The position numbers and the translations under genes were made by a program. Positions 1-9,784 of a stretch of DNA of 64,000 nucleotides are shown in pieces; position 1 is the first letter of the stretch; every line of letters begins with the position of its first letter. The notes beneath the pieces were generated by a model. It saw nothing but the letters and a program-made list of their open reading frames with translations, was not told where the DNA came from and did not search any database. This stretch comes from Gemmatimonadota bacterium (GTDB lineage: Bacteria; Gemmatimonadota; Gemmatimonadetes; Gemmatimonadales; Gemmatimonadaceae): the NCBI GenBank assembly GCA_040389905.1, contig JAZJZK010000003.1, positions 1-64,000 on the forward strand, read 5' to 3'.

Positions 1-193
1 TCCGGTTCTTTTTGCTGCCTGCGGCAGCTACATCACGCTTGGGGTAGGTCTAGTGGCACGCCGGTCCCGGTATACGCGGTTCGCGGCGGCCTGCGCCAGT
101 ACCGCGAGTCGCGTCGAGCTGGGGCGCAGCCTGTGGTGTTTCCGGCCGTTGAATGACAGTATTGAGCCCGACGACTGATTCATTCACGCTATA

Positions 194-3100
194 GTGCCGG
201 CACCCTCCGTGAGTCCTCGACATTCGACCCTGACCAGTTGCCGCTCTCGGCTCATATGCCCGGCAGCGCTCGCACTTGTCCTGGCTGGCGCAGCACACGC
301 CCAGGGCGTGGTCATTATTGCCGCTGGAACGAGCCCACTCGTCCAGGTCGTGCCGAACAGCAAGGTGATCGTGCCCGTGATCGTGGACTTCTCCGCGGCG
401 AGTGCGGGCATGAACCTCGCCTCGCTCTCGACGGGGATTGCGTGGAGCACCAGCCGTCTGACGCTCGACTCCATCAAGGCGGGTACCTTCGGCACCTTCT
501 CGGCGAACACGAGCAACGCGGCGAGTGGCGGGGCGTCGTTCTCCATTTCCAACGCCAGCGGAGCGACGTCCTCCGTCGCGCTCTCGACGCTCTACTTTAC
601 CGCGTCCGCAACCAGCGGAGGCACCGAGGTCTCGCTCGCCCCCACGGCAGCCGCGAATGAATCGGGCGGCAGCATGCTGGCAAAAATCTGGACACGCGCG
701 CTCGCCGTCTGCGTTGCACCGACTGGCCTGTGGGCTGACGTGAATGACGACGGAGCGGCCAACATCATCGATGCGCAACAAATCGCGCGTTTTACGGTTG
801 GGCTCACGGTGCTGAACGACGCCGCGCTTCGTGCGAGGGGCGACGTCACGGGTGATGGGAACATCAACGTCATCGATGCCCAACAGGTCTCACGATCCAC
901 GGTGGGCTTGCCAGCGCCCGCGCGGATCGGCACGCCTGTGAGTGTGCCACCTACCGTCGCGTCGGTCGCCATGTCGCCGACCACACCGACGATCGCCGTC
1001 GGCGGGTCTACGCAACTGACCGCCGAACCGAGAGATGCCACGGCGGCCGCCCTGACGGGATGCGCGGCCGTCACCTGGACCAGCAGCGATATCACCAAGG
1101 CGACCGTGAGCCCCTCCGGCGTCGTGACCGGAATCTCGGCGGGCGCGCCCACGATCTCTGCGACGTCTGCCGGTCAAACGATCAGCACCACGGTATTCGT
1201 CACGGCTCCCGCCACCTGGACTGGTGCGACCAGCGCGTCGTGGACCACCGCGAGCAATTGGAACCCCGCGGTGGTACCGGCCACCACCGCTGCCGTGTTG
1301 GTCCCCGCCGGAACGCCCAATGCGCCCACGCTGCAGGCGACGACGTCAGTGGGGAACCTGACCATTGCCGGCGGTGCCACGCTCAATACCGGGACGTTCC
1401 AGTTGAATGTCGCCGGCGATGTCATTGCCACGGGCGGCAGTATCGCCGGAGCAGGGTCCGTGTATCTCTGCAGCGGCGCGCACCAGGTAGCGGGTAGCCT
1501 GGGTTCCGTCGTCACCGATTGTTCGGGAACGGTGAATCCGAGCGGCAGTGTCACCATCGCCCAATTGACGACGCAGGGCGGATCGGTGTTCAACGTTGGT
1601 ACGGCCTCGGTTATGGTGAGCGGCAATCTGTCCGTGCTCTCGGGTTCGCGAATCAAGATGACGCAGGCGGCGGGATACCTGCGCGTGGATGGTCTTGCCA
1701 ACTTCAATCCCGCCAATGATATCGGCGACAGCTACATGACGGATGGCACGCTGGAACTGCGCGGGAACCTTCAGGCGCTGAACAGTTGCTGTGGCCAGAC
1801 GTTCCGCGCGGTGGGCAACCACCTCACGCGCTTCAATGGCAGTAGTGCCCAGTCCGTGAACTTTGCCTATACGAGCAACAACTCACAAAGCAGCTTCGGG
1901 CGCGTCGAGTTCATCGGCAACAACACGGTCACGCTGGTCAACGGGCTCCGCGCGTTCGGTTCGGTGTCGGTCACAGGGACCACGGCACTCACTGGTGGTA
2001 CGCTGTACCACGGCGGGCTACTGACCACGGCGTCCGGCACAAGCCTCGCGGGGCTCGCGGCGACCGAGTTGATCACAGCGGGCACATCGTTTCCCGCCAT
2101 TGGTGGCGCGCCGCCGGCAGAGGTTCGGCTCAACAGCGGTGCGGTGGTCACACTGGTGTCGAACACCGTCACGCTTGGAGCGGGCCTCGTACTGACGAAC
2201 GGCACCACACTCGATCTGGAGGCCAAGTCATTGACGGTGACCGGGCGCCTGGGGATGTACTCCGGTTCTCGGATCAAGATGACGCAAGCCGCCGCCTACA
2301 TGCGCGTCGACGGACTCGCGGACTTCAATCCATCGAACGACATCGGCGACACGTACATGACGGACGGCACGCTGGAGTTACGCGGCAATATGCAGTCGTT
2401 GAACAGCTGCTGCGGCCAGACGTTCCGGGCGGTGGGCAACCACCTCACGCGCTTCAATGGCACCGACGCGCAGTCCGTGAACCTCACCTACACGAGCAAC
2501 AACTCACAAAGCAGCTTTGGGCGGGTGGAGTTCATCGGCAACAACACGGTCACGCTGGTGAATGGGCTCCGCGCGTTCGGTTCGGTGTCGGTTACGGGGA
2601 CCACGGCACTGAATGGCGCTACGCTGTTTCACGGCGGGCCACTGACCACCGCGTCCGGCACGAGCCTCGCGGGGCTCGCGGCGACTGAGTTGATCACAGG
2701 AGGGACCTCGTTCCCGGAAATTGGCGGCTCGGTGCCCGCCGTGGTTCGGCTCAATAGCGGCGCGGTGGTCAAACTGGTATCGAACACCATCACGCTTGGA
2801 ACGGGCCTCGTCCTGACGAACGGCACCACGCTGGACATGGAGGCCAAGTCGCTGACCGTGACTGGAAGCCTGGGCATGTACTCCGGTTCTCGGATCAAGA
2901 TGACGCAAGCAGCCGCCTACATGCGCGTCGACGGGCTCGCGGACTTCAATCCAGCCAACGATATCGGCGACTCGTACATGACGGACGGCACGCTGGAGTT
3001 ACGCGGCAATATGCAGTCGTTGAACAGCTGCTGCGGCCAGACGTTCCGGGCGGTGGGCAACCACCTCACGCGCTTCAATGGCACCGACGCGCAGTCCGTG

Positions 3101-4618
3101 AACTTCACTTATACGAGCAACAACGCACAAAGCAGCTTTGGGCGTGTCGAGTTCATCGGCAACAACACGGTCACGCTGGTCAACGGACTCCGCGCGTTCG
3201 GTTCGGTGTCCGTCACGGGGACCACGGCGCTCACCGGCACGACGTTGTATCATGGTGGGCCACTGACCACGGCGTCCGGCACGAGCCTCGCGGGGCTCGC
3301 GGCGACCGAGTTGATCACAGGAGGGACGTCGTTCCCGGAAATTGGCGGCTCGGTGCCCGCCGTGGTCCGGCTCAACAGCGGCGCGGTGGTCAAACTGGTG
3401 TCGAACACCATCACGCTTGGAACGGGCCTCGTGCTGACGAACGGCACCACGCTCGATCTGGAGGCTAAGTCGCTGACGGTGACCGGAGGCTTGGGCATGT
3501 ATTCAGGCTCTCGGATCAAGATGACACAGGCTGCCGCCTACTTGCGCGTCGATGGGCTCGCGGATTTCAATCCAGCCAACGACATCGGCGACACGTACAT
3601 GACGGACGGCACGCTGGAACTGCGCGGCAATATGCAGTCGTTGAACAGCTGCTGCGGCCAGACATTCCGCGCGGTCGGCAATCACCTCACGCGCTTCAAT
3701 AGCAGTAGTGCGCAGTCCGTGAACCTCACCTACACGAGCAACAACGCACAAAGCAGCTTTGGGCGCGTCGAGTTCATCGGCAACAACACGGTCACGCTGG
3801 TAAATGGACTCCGCGCGTTCGGTACGGTGTCGGTTACGGGGACCACGGCGCTCATCGGCACCAGGCTGTATCATGGTCGCCAGCTCACCGCCGCCGCCGC
3901 GACCGATCTCTCCGGGCTCGCGGCCACCGAAATGATCTCGGGCGGCACAACCTTCCCGATCATTTCGGGAGCCCCACCGCAGCTGGTCACGCTTGGCAGC
4001 GGTGCGGTGGTAACGCTGCAAGCGAACACGGTGACGCTCTCATCGGCGCTGACGCTGACGAATGGCACGACGCTCGATCTCGAAGCCAAGTCGTTGACGG
4101 TGAGCGGAAATTTCGGGATGTACAGCGGCAGTCGCATCAAGATGACGCAGGCAGCGGCGTTCTTCCGCATCGACGGTCTCGCGGACTTCAACCCGGCCAA
4201 TGATGTGGGCAACACATATCTGACCAACGGCGTGCTCGAATTCCGGGGCGACGTTCAGGCGTTGAACGCCTGTTGCGCACAGCCGTTCCGCGCCGTGGGT
4301 AATCACCTCGCACGCTTCAATGGCGGCGCGGCCCAATCCTTGAATTTCCTCTACGGCGGCAGCAGCACGCAGAGCGCATTCGCAAACGTGGAGATTGCCA
4401 ATTCCAGCAGCGCCGGCTTCTCAGTCGCAAGCGGCATGTCGGTGCTCGGCAGCCTCGTCAACACCGGCAAGTTCTCCATCCCGGCGTCTCGCACCGTCAC
4501 GGTCGCTGGGACTGTCACCTTGGGGGTAACGTCCACGACCACCAACCTTGGCACCTTCACCAAGGGAAGTTGCTCGGCGGCGCCGGGTGCGACGATTTCG
4601 GGCTTCAGCTGTCCGTAG
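194..4618 (+). CDS. Large secreted surface protein: cohesin-like domain + dockerin + Ig-like (Big_2) domain + 207-aa beta-rich repeats
   Basis: Signal peptide ending ALALVLAGAAHA|Q. Cohesin-like beta-sandwich (KVIVPVIVD...LASLSTGIAWSTSRLTLDSI...LSTLYF). Duplicated Ca-binding dockerin motif DVNDDGAANIIDAQ / DVTGDGNINVIDAQ. Big_2 motif VTWTSSDITKATVSPSGVVTG. Five SRIKMTQAA motifs. The exact GTG start is uncertain. Confidence 0.8.
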   Translation: MPAPSVSPRHSTLTSCRSRLICPAALALVLAGAAHAQGVVIIAAGTSPLVQVVPNSKVIVPVIVDFSAASAGMNLASLSTGIAWSTSRLTLDSIKAGTFGTFSANTSNAASGGASFSISNASGATSSVALSTLYFTASATSGGTEVSLAPTAAANESGGSMLAKIWTRALAVCVAPTGLWADVNDDGAANIIDAQQIARFTVGLTVLNDAALRARGDVTGDGNINVIDAQQVSRSTVGLPAPARIGTPVSVPPTVASVAMSPTTPTIAVGGSTQLTAEPRDATAAALTGCAAVTWTSSDITKATVSPSGVVTGISAGAPTISATSAGQTISTTVFVTAPATWTGATSASWTTASNWNPAVVPATTAAVLVPAGTPNAPTLQATTSVGNLTIAGGATLNTGTFQLNVAGDVIATGGSIAGAGSVYLCSGAHQVAGSLGSVVTDCSGTVNPSGSVTIAQLTTQGGSVFNVGTASVMVSGNLSVLSGSRIKMTQAAGYLRVDGLANFNPANDIGDSYMTDGTLELRGNLQALNSCCGQTFRAVGNHLTRFNGSSAQSVNFAYTSNNSQSSFGRVEFIGNNTVTLVNGLRAFGSVSVTGTTALTGGTLYHGGLLTTASGTSLAGLAATELITAGTSFPAIGGAPPAEVRLNSGAVVTLVSNTVTLGAGLVLTNGTTLDLEAKSLTVTGRLGMYSGSRIKMTQAAAYMRVDGLADFNPSNDIGDTYMTDGTLELRGNMQSLNSCCGQTFRAVGNHLTRFNGTDAQSVNLTYTSNNSQSSFGRVEFIGNNTVTLVNGLRAFGSVSVTGTTALNGATLFHGGPLTTASGTSLAGLAATELITGGTSFPEIGGSVPAVVRLNSGAVVKLVSNTITLGTGLVLTNGTTLDMEAKSLTVTGSLGMYSGSRIKMTQAAAYMRVDGLADFNPANDIGDSYMTDGTLELRGNMQSLNSCCGQTFRAVGNHLTRFNGTDAQSVNFTYTSNNAQSSFGRVEFIGNNTVTLVNGLRAFGSVSVTGTTALTGTTLYHGGPLTTASGTSLAGLAATELITGGTSFPEIGGSVPAVVRLNSGAVVKLVSNTITLGTGLVLTNGTTLDLEAKSLTVTGGLGMYSGSRIKMTQAAAYLRVDGLADFNPANDIGDTYMTDGTLELRGNMQSLNSCCGQTFRAVGNHLTRFNSSSAQSVNLTYTSNNAQSSFGRVEFIGNNTVTLVNGLRAFGTVSVTGTTALIGTRLYHGRQLTAAAATDLSGLAATEMISGGTTFPIISGAPPQLVTLGSGAVVTLQANTVTLSSALTLTNGTTLDLEAKSLTVSGNFGMYSGSRIKMTQAAAFFRIDGLADFNPANDVGNTYLTNGVLEFRGDVQALNACCAQPFRAVGNHLARFNGGAAQSLNFLYGGSSTQSAFANVEIANSSSAGFSVASGMSVLGSLVNTGKFSIPASRTVTVAGTVTLGVTSTTTNLGTFTKGSCSAAPGATISGFSCP
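1640..4400 (+). repeat. Intragenic tandem repeat, 621-bp unit, about 4.5 copies
   Basis: ATCAAGATG recurs at 1652, 2273, 2894, 3515 and 4136, an exact 621-bp period. Cys-Cys codons start at 1787, 2408, 3029, 3650 and 4271. Confidence 0.95.
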
Positions 4619-5885
4619 ATTCTGTCCTCGAAGACTGCTTCGCACGCGAGAGCAGCAGGTCGCGCTCGCGTGCATTCCGCGTGAGCGACGCGGCGCGCTC
4701 GAACTCAGCGCGCGCCTCGGCCAACCGGCCAAGCTTCTGAAGCAAGTCGCCGCGCACGCTCGGCAGCAGGTGATAATTCTTGAGCGCGCGCTCACTGGTG
4801 AGTGCATCAGCGATGCGAAGGCCTGCAGCCGGACCAAACGCCATGCCGTGTGACACGGCGCGGTTGAGCTCAACGATCGGCGACGGCGTCACACGTGCGA
4901 GCACGTCGTAGAGTGCCGCAATGCGCTTCCAGTCAGTTTCGTCCGCTCGGCGTGCGCGGGCATGACATGCGGCGATCGCCGCCTGGAGCGCATACGGTCC
5001 AAGTGAACCACCGAGCCCCTCGGCGCGGGCGAGCGCATCGAATCCTCGACGAATGAGCAGCTGGTCCCATCGCGACCGATCCTGCTCGAGCAGCAGTACG
5101 GGCGTTCCATCCGCTCGCACACGCGCGCGCGAACGCGACGCCTGGATCTCCATCAGCGCGACCAAGCCAAACACTTCCGCCTGATCCGGTACCAACCCCG
5201 TGAGAATCCGGCCGAGGCGCAGCGCATCCTCGCACAGTGCGGGGCGGAGCCAATCCTCGCCCGCAGTCGCCGAGTATCCCTCGTTGAAGATCAGGTAAAG
5301 GACCTGAAGTACCGACGCGAGTCGTGCCTCGAACTCAGCGCCGCGCGGAACCTCGAATGGGACACCAGCCTCCGCGAGCGTGCGCTTCGCACGCACGATG
5401 CGCTGCGCGATTGTCGGCTCAGGGACCAGGAATGCGCGTGCGATCTCGTCGGTTGTCAGGCCGCCAAGCAAGCGAAGGGTGAGGGCGACGCGCGCTTCCG
5501 TGGACAGCACTGGATGACACGATGTAAAGACGAGACGCAGCAGGTCGTCGCCGACGTGATCGTCGAGTGCCGCATCGAGGTCCGGCACGGCGCGCTCGAG
5601 TTGCGCTTCGAGCTCATACCCGATCACGTCGTGCTTCCGGTCGTGCAGCGCATTGCGCCGCATCAGATCGATGGCGCGGTGTTTCGCCGTTGCCATGAGC
5701 CATGCACCTGGATTATCCGGGACGCCTGTCTCCGGCCATTTTTCCAGCGCCGCCACGAGCGCGTCCTGTGCCAAATCCTCGGCAGCGCCCACATCTCGAG
5801 TCATGCGCGCGAGGCCGGCGATGAGCTTCGCCGATTCGATGCGCCACACGGCGTCGATCGCGCGGTGAACGTTGGTCGCGGTCAT
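4605..5885 (-). CDS. ECF42-type RNA polymerase sigma factor with C-terminal TPR extension
   Basis: AEDLAQDALVAALEKWP, DDLLRLVFTSCHPVL, YLIFNEGY, GPYALQAAIAACHA; 426 aa; a DGPF/YciI gene lies nearby. Confidence 0.9.
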   Translation of the reverse strand: MTATNVHRAIDAVWRIESAKLIAGLARMTRDVGAAEDLAQDALVAALEKWPETGVPDNPGAWLMATAKHRAIDLMRRNALHDRKHDVIGYELEAQLERAVPDLDAALDDHVGDDLLRLVFTSCHPVLSTEARVALTLRLLGGLTTDEIARAFLVPEPTIAQRIVRAKRTLAEAGVPFEVPRGAEFEARLASVLQVLYLIFNEGYSATAGEDWLRPALCEDALRLGRILTGLVPDQAEVFGLVALMEIQASRSRARVRADGTPVLLLEQDRSRWDQLLIRRGFDALARAEGLGGSLGPYALQAAIAACHARARRADETDWKRIAALYDVLARVTPSPIVELNRAVSHGMAFGPAAGLRIADALTSERALKNYHLLPSVRGDLLQKLGRLAEARAEFERAASLTRNARERDLLLSRAKQSSRTESTDS

Positions 5886-5988
5886 CGCACCAATCAGGCG
5901 AGCGCGCCGAGGCGAGGCAAGTGTTTAGGGGTTCGGCCTTCCGGCATATGCTTGACTCTGATAGCGGGAACGCCTACGCTGGCGGCGC

Positions 5989-8900
5989 ATGGAAACCTCA
6001 GGACCGATGCCGTTGCGAGCGCTAAGAACCGCCATACTCTGCGTGCTGCTCGGGCGAGCCGCGCAGGGACAACCAGCGGTGACGACTCTCGCTGGACGAG
6101 TGCTCTCGGCGGACGGCGCGGTGCTGGCAGGGGCGAACGTGACGGCCAATGCGACGGACGCAGACTTTGCCACGCCAGCGTTTGCGCGCACCGACGCGCG
6201 CGGAATGTACCGCATCACGGTGGCGCGAAAAGCGGGAGCCTACGCCGTCGCCGCGCGGCTCGCCGGCTACGTCTCCGCCTTCACTCGCGTCACCGTCAGT
6301 GGGAGTGACACCCTTGTGCAGATCGCCGACCTGCGACTCGCGAGGAGCACGCAGGTGCTTCCAGAAGTTCGCACGGTCGCAACCCGGCCCATGGCTCCGC
6401 GGACGCAGGCGAGTCTCGCTCCCAGTCCCGGAGAGAACCGGGTTATCGTCGGCAGCGCTTCCGAAGCCCTGTCCGGCGACTTCACCGGTGATCTCCTCGC
6501 CGTGCTCGGAGGTATGCCCGGCCTCAATGCCGCCGCCGATGCGAACGGGCGTGTCTCCTATTCGCTGGCAGGACTTGGGAGTGAGCAAAACCGCATCACG
6601 ATCAACGGCGCTGATCTCGTAGGCCCAACACCACGAGAGGGCGGCTACATACGGATATCGACGGCATCATACGATCCAGCCCGGGCAGCGAGTGCGATCA
6701 ACACTGACTGGATTCTGACGGGTGCAAACTTCATCGAAGAGCGCCTTGCTCACCTGACGCTCGATACGCCGTCTTTACAGTGGACGACGCCCGTCGCCGA
6801 CCAATTTGGGCGCCGTTCATCGAATGCCATCTTCAGCGGTGAGATGACGCACGCATTTCGTGAGCGCGCAACGCGAAAGAATCATCCGGCGCTTTCCTGG
6901 CCCACCTTCATCGAGACATCGTACCAGATCGCACGCAACGCGAGCGGCGTGACGACGTTGAACACCGCGAATCGTGCAACGCTCGACGCGTACGGCATCG
7001 ACCGTGATTCAGTTGCTCGGCTGCTCACCACGCTCGACCGGCTCGGAATTCAATATCGCGGACACACCGTCAATCAGCGCGAAGGGATCAGCATCAGTGG
7101 CTATTCGCGCGTGGACCTGGCGGGGTTCGGTGGGGGTGCGCGGAGGGAGTCGCCCAATGGCGAGCGACTGGGAAACTCCAACGGCTTCGGCGCTGAACGA
7201 AACACATACCTGCTGCTTGGCGGAGACTGGAGTGACAGCCGCGGTCAATCGGTCGGCCCGGCAACTCTGTCGCTGTTCGCCGGCAACAGCCGCGCAAGCG
7301 GGGCGAGAATTCAAGGCTTCAATTCGTTCTACTTTCTCGGCGACAAAGTCCTGAATGAAACGCGTTCCGCGCTCGCGGTGCGGAGCAGCCAGTCCGCTCC
7401 AATTGCCGCGATTCCCGGTGCCACCATCTCGATCGCGTCCTCCCAGTCGAATGGTGGGCAACCGTTCACGAGCGGAGTGCAGGCTGCCGGCTCCGGTGGC
7501 GCGGAGTATCACGCTCGCACGTGGTCGTGGCAAACGGCGAATGAGACGCGTTGGGTCACCACGAATGGGCGGCACGAATTGAAGGTCGCCGGGGAGGTGA
7601 TGCTCGATCGCACCGACCGAACGCGGAGCGCGTCGTATGGAAGCTTCGCATACAACTCACTTGCCGACTTCGCGGCGAATACGCCCGCGACCTTTTCTCG
7701 CAGTGTCACTCCAGCATCGACCGCGATCACCGGGGGACATGCCGTGCTGGCGCTTGGCGACGTCTATGCGCATCGCAAGAACCTGAATGTGCAATACGGT
7801 GTGCGAGCGGAGAGTCACAACTACCGTAGCGGAGCGACGGCGAATGGCATGCTCGATTCCATCTTCGGTCTCGGTGCCGGGCGCCTACCGAGTATCCGTT
7901 TCGTCGAGCCCATGGTTGGCGTCACGTGGGGGTATGGACGGCGGAATCCCCGGGGCTATGCCAGCGACGGACGCTCGGTGAGCGGCGGCATTCGTGACTA
8001 TCGTGGCGTTCTGTCGCCTCAAAGCCTGGAGCTTCTCGCGGAGCAAACGGGCCAGTCCAACGCGGCGCAAAACGTGTACTGCGTCGGGTCCGCTGTGCCC
8101 GTTCCGGCGTGGTCAGCATACCAGGCATCTTCCTCGTCGATACCATCCCAGTGCGCGGATGGCTCGACAGGAACGGCATTCGCTCAAGCTGCACCGCCGG
8201 TTTCGCTGCTCATGCCCGGATACACCGTCGGGCACTCATGGCGGTCGAACCTTGCTTGGACGCGACCCCTGTCCTCCACGCTGAAAATGTCGCTCCAGGG
8301 GATGAGCGCGGTGAACACCAACCAGCCGTCGACCATCGACCTGAACTTCTCGGGCATTCAACGCTTCGCACTGTCGGAGGAAGGTGGGCGACCCGTATAT
8401 GTCTCGCCAGGAAGTATCGTGGGATCAACGGGAGCCTTGTCTACGATCGACTCGCGCCGCTCGTCGGCGTTCGAGCGCGTGAACGCCCACACGGCGACGC
8501 TCCGCTCTCGGGCGCACTCGGTCACCGCAATAGTGTCCTATCAACCACGATTCTCATTCACGTCGTCGGGAATCAATTTGCCGTTCACCGTTTCGTATAC
8601 GCTGAGCGATATACGCCGGGAGACGAATGGATTCTCGGGAACCACCGGGGGAGATCCCCGACTGACGAGCACTGGACCCGGCGAGTTCAACCGGCATGCG
8701 CTGCTCTTCTCGACCATCGTCCAAATTCCGGACATCGCCCGGGTCACCATTGGTTACCAGTTGCGCTCAGGGGTTGCCTTCACTCCGAGTGTAAGCCGAG
8801 ACATCAATGGCGATGGGTTGGCGAATGATCGCGCGTTCGTTTTCAATCCCGCCAGCGCACCGGATACGGCGATCGCCTCGGGTGTGAGCCGACTGTTGAA

Positions 8901-9771
8901 TTCATCCGACGGCGTGGCGAGTTGCCTTCGCGCTCAGCTGGGCTTCGTTGCAGCCGTGAATTCCTGCTCCGGCCCGTGGACGTCGTCGCTCAATGCACAC
9001 GTTACACTGAATCCCGACCGTTTCGGGCTGCAGAATCGAGGCGCCGTTACGTTGCGGATGACCAATGTGCTTGCGGGCATTGACCAATGGTTGCATGGTC
9101 CGGGTGACATGCGCGGTTGGGGGCAGGTCGCGTACGCAGACCCAACACTGCTGGAAGTGCGCGGGTTCGATCCCGTGAGACGGCGGTATGTCTATGCGGT
9201 GAATCCGCAATTTGGAAACACGAGCCTCATGCGCTCGGTCTTTCTCGCTCCCTTCAGAATCACGCTGGATTTCCGCTTCGAGTTTGGCCCCAATACGGAG
9301 CGCGCAGCGGTCATCCAGATGCGTTTGCCGCGCGCCGATGCGCAACAAGCGTCTGCCGACAGTGCGACGATCTATCGCCGATTGAACGGCGGGAGTCGAT
9401 CACTCTTTGACAGGGTGCTCGAAGTTCGCGACTCCTTGCAACTGACTCGAGTCGAGCAGGATTCGTTGCTCGCGATGGACCTTCGCCATGCAGCTGTTCG
9501 CGATTCCGTCTATAGTGCGCTTGCGCACTACCTGTCGAACGCCGGTGATAACGCGGACCCGTCGGTGTTGATGACACGATGGCACGAGGCCGTCGGTTTC
9601 GTGCAGCGCTCACAGTGGCTCAAGGTCGCAGCCATGCAGCGCATGCTGACCCCGGAACGCTGGACGCTGTTCTACACCAGTCGCTTGCTTCCCTCGCCGT
9701 TGTGGCAGGAGAAAATGGACGACGCGGAGATGGATCGCCTACTGCGCCGCTGGCAGCCATACCCGGAGTAG
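5989..9771 (+). CDS. Carboxypeptidase-regulatory-like domain, TonB-dependent receptor-like outer-membrane protein
   Basis: Signal peptide; LAGRVLSADG...ARTDARGMYRI...ARLAGY N-domain; plug-like segment (QNRITINGAD); long amphipathic beta region; DINGDGLANDRAFV motif. Confidence 0.7.
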   Translation: METSGPMPLRALRTAILCVLLGRAAQGQPAVTTLAGRVLSADGAVLAGANVTANATDADFATPAFARTDARGMYRITVARKAGAYAVAARLAGYVSAFTRVTVSGSDTLVQIADLRLARSTQVLPEVRTVATRPMAPRTQASLAPSPGENRVIVGSASEALSGDFTGDLLAVLGGMPGLNAAADANGRVSYSLAGLGSEQNRITINGADLVGPTPREGGYIRISTASYDPARAASAINTDWILTGANFIEERLAHLTLDTPSLQWTTPVADQFGRRSSNAIFSGEMTHAFRERATRKNHPALSWPTFIETSYQIARNASGVTTLNTANRATLDAYGIDRDSVARLLTTLDRLGIQYRGHTVNQREGISISGYSRVDLAGFGGGARRESPNGERLGNSNGFGAERNTYLLLGGDWSDSRGQSVGPATLSLFAGNSRASGARIQGFNSFYFLGDKVLNETRSALAVRSSQSAPIAAIPGATISIASSQSNGGQPFTSGVQAAGSGGAEYHARTWSWQTANETRWVTTNGRHELKVAGEVMLDRTDRTRSASYGSFAYNSLADFAANTPATFSRSVTPASTAITGGHAVLALGDVYAHRKNLNVQYGVRAESHNYRSGATANGMLDSIFGLGAGRLPSIRFVEPMVGVTWGYGRRNPRGYASDGRSVSGGIRDYRGVLSPQSLELLAEQTGQSNAAQNVYCVGSAVPVPAWSAYQASSSSIPSQCADGSTGTAFAQAAPPVSLLMPGYTVGHSWRSNLAWTRPLSSTLKMSLQGMSAVNTNQPSTIDLNFSGIQRFALSEEGGRPVYVSPGSIVGSTGALSTIDSRRSSAFERVNAHTATLRSRAHSVTAIVSYQPRFSFTSSGINLPFTVSYTLSDIRRETNGFSGTTGGDPRLTSTGPGEFNRHALLFSTIVQIPDIARVTIGYQLRSGVAFTPSVSRDINGDGLANDRAFVFNPASAPDTAIASGVSRLLNSSDGVASCLRAQLGFVAAVNSCSGPWTSSLNAHVTLNPDRFGLQNRGAVTLRMTNVLAGIDQWLHGPGDMRGWGQVAYADPTLLEVRGFDPVRRRYVYAVNPQFGNTSLMRSVFLAPFRITLDFRFEFGPNTERAAVIQMRLPRADAQQASADSATIYRRLNGGSRSLFDRVLEVRDSLQLTRVEQDSLLAMDLRHAAVRDSVYSALAHYLSNAGDNADPSVLMTRWHEAVGFVQRSQWLKVAAMQRMLTPERWTLFYTSRLLPSPLWQEKMDDAEMDRLLRRWQPYPE

Positions 9772-9784
9772 GTGCCGTCCCAGA

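Noticed and set aside
1640..4400. Repeats as a CRISPR array or diversity-generating retroelement
   Set aside because: They are in-frame 621-bp coding repeats without spacers. No cas or reverse transcriptase gene is present, and variation is not adenine-specific.
5952..5966. Shared TTGA..TGATAGC motif with 37122-37136 as a BTAD binding site
   Set aside because: Only two short instances with different spacing; not distinguishable from chance.
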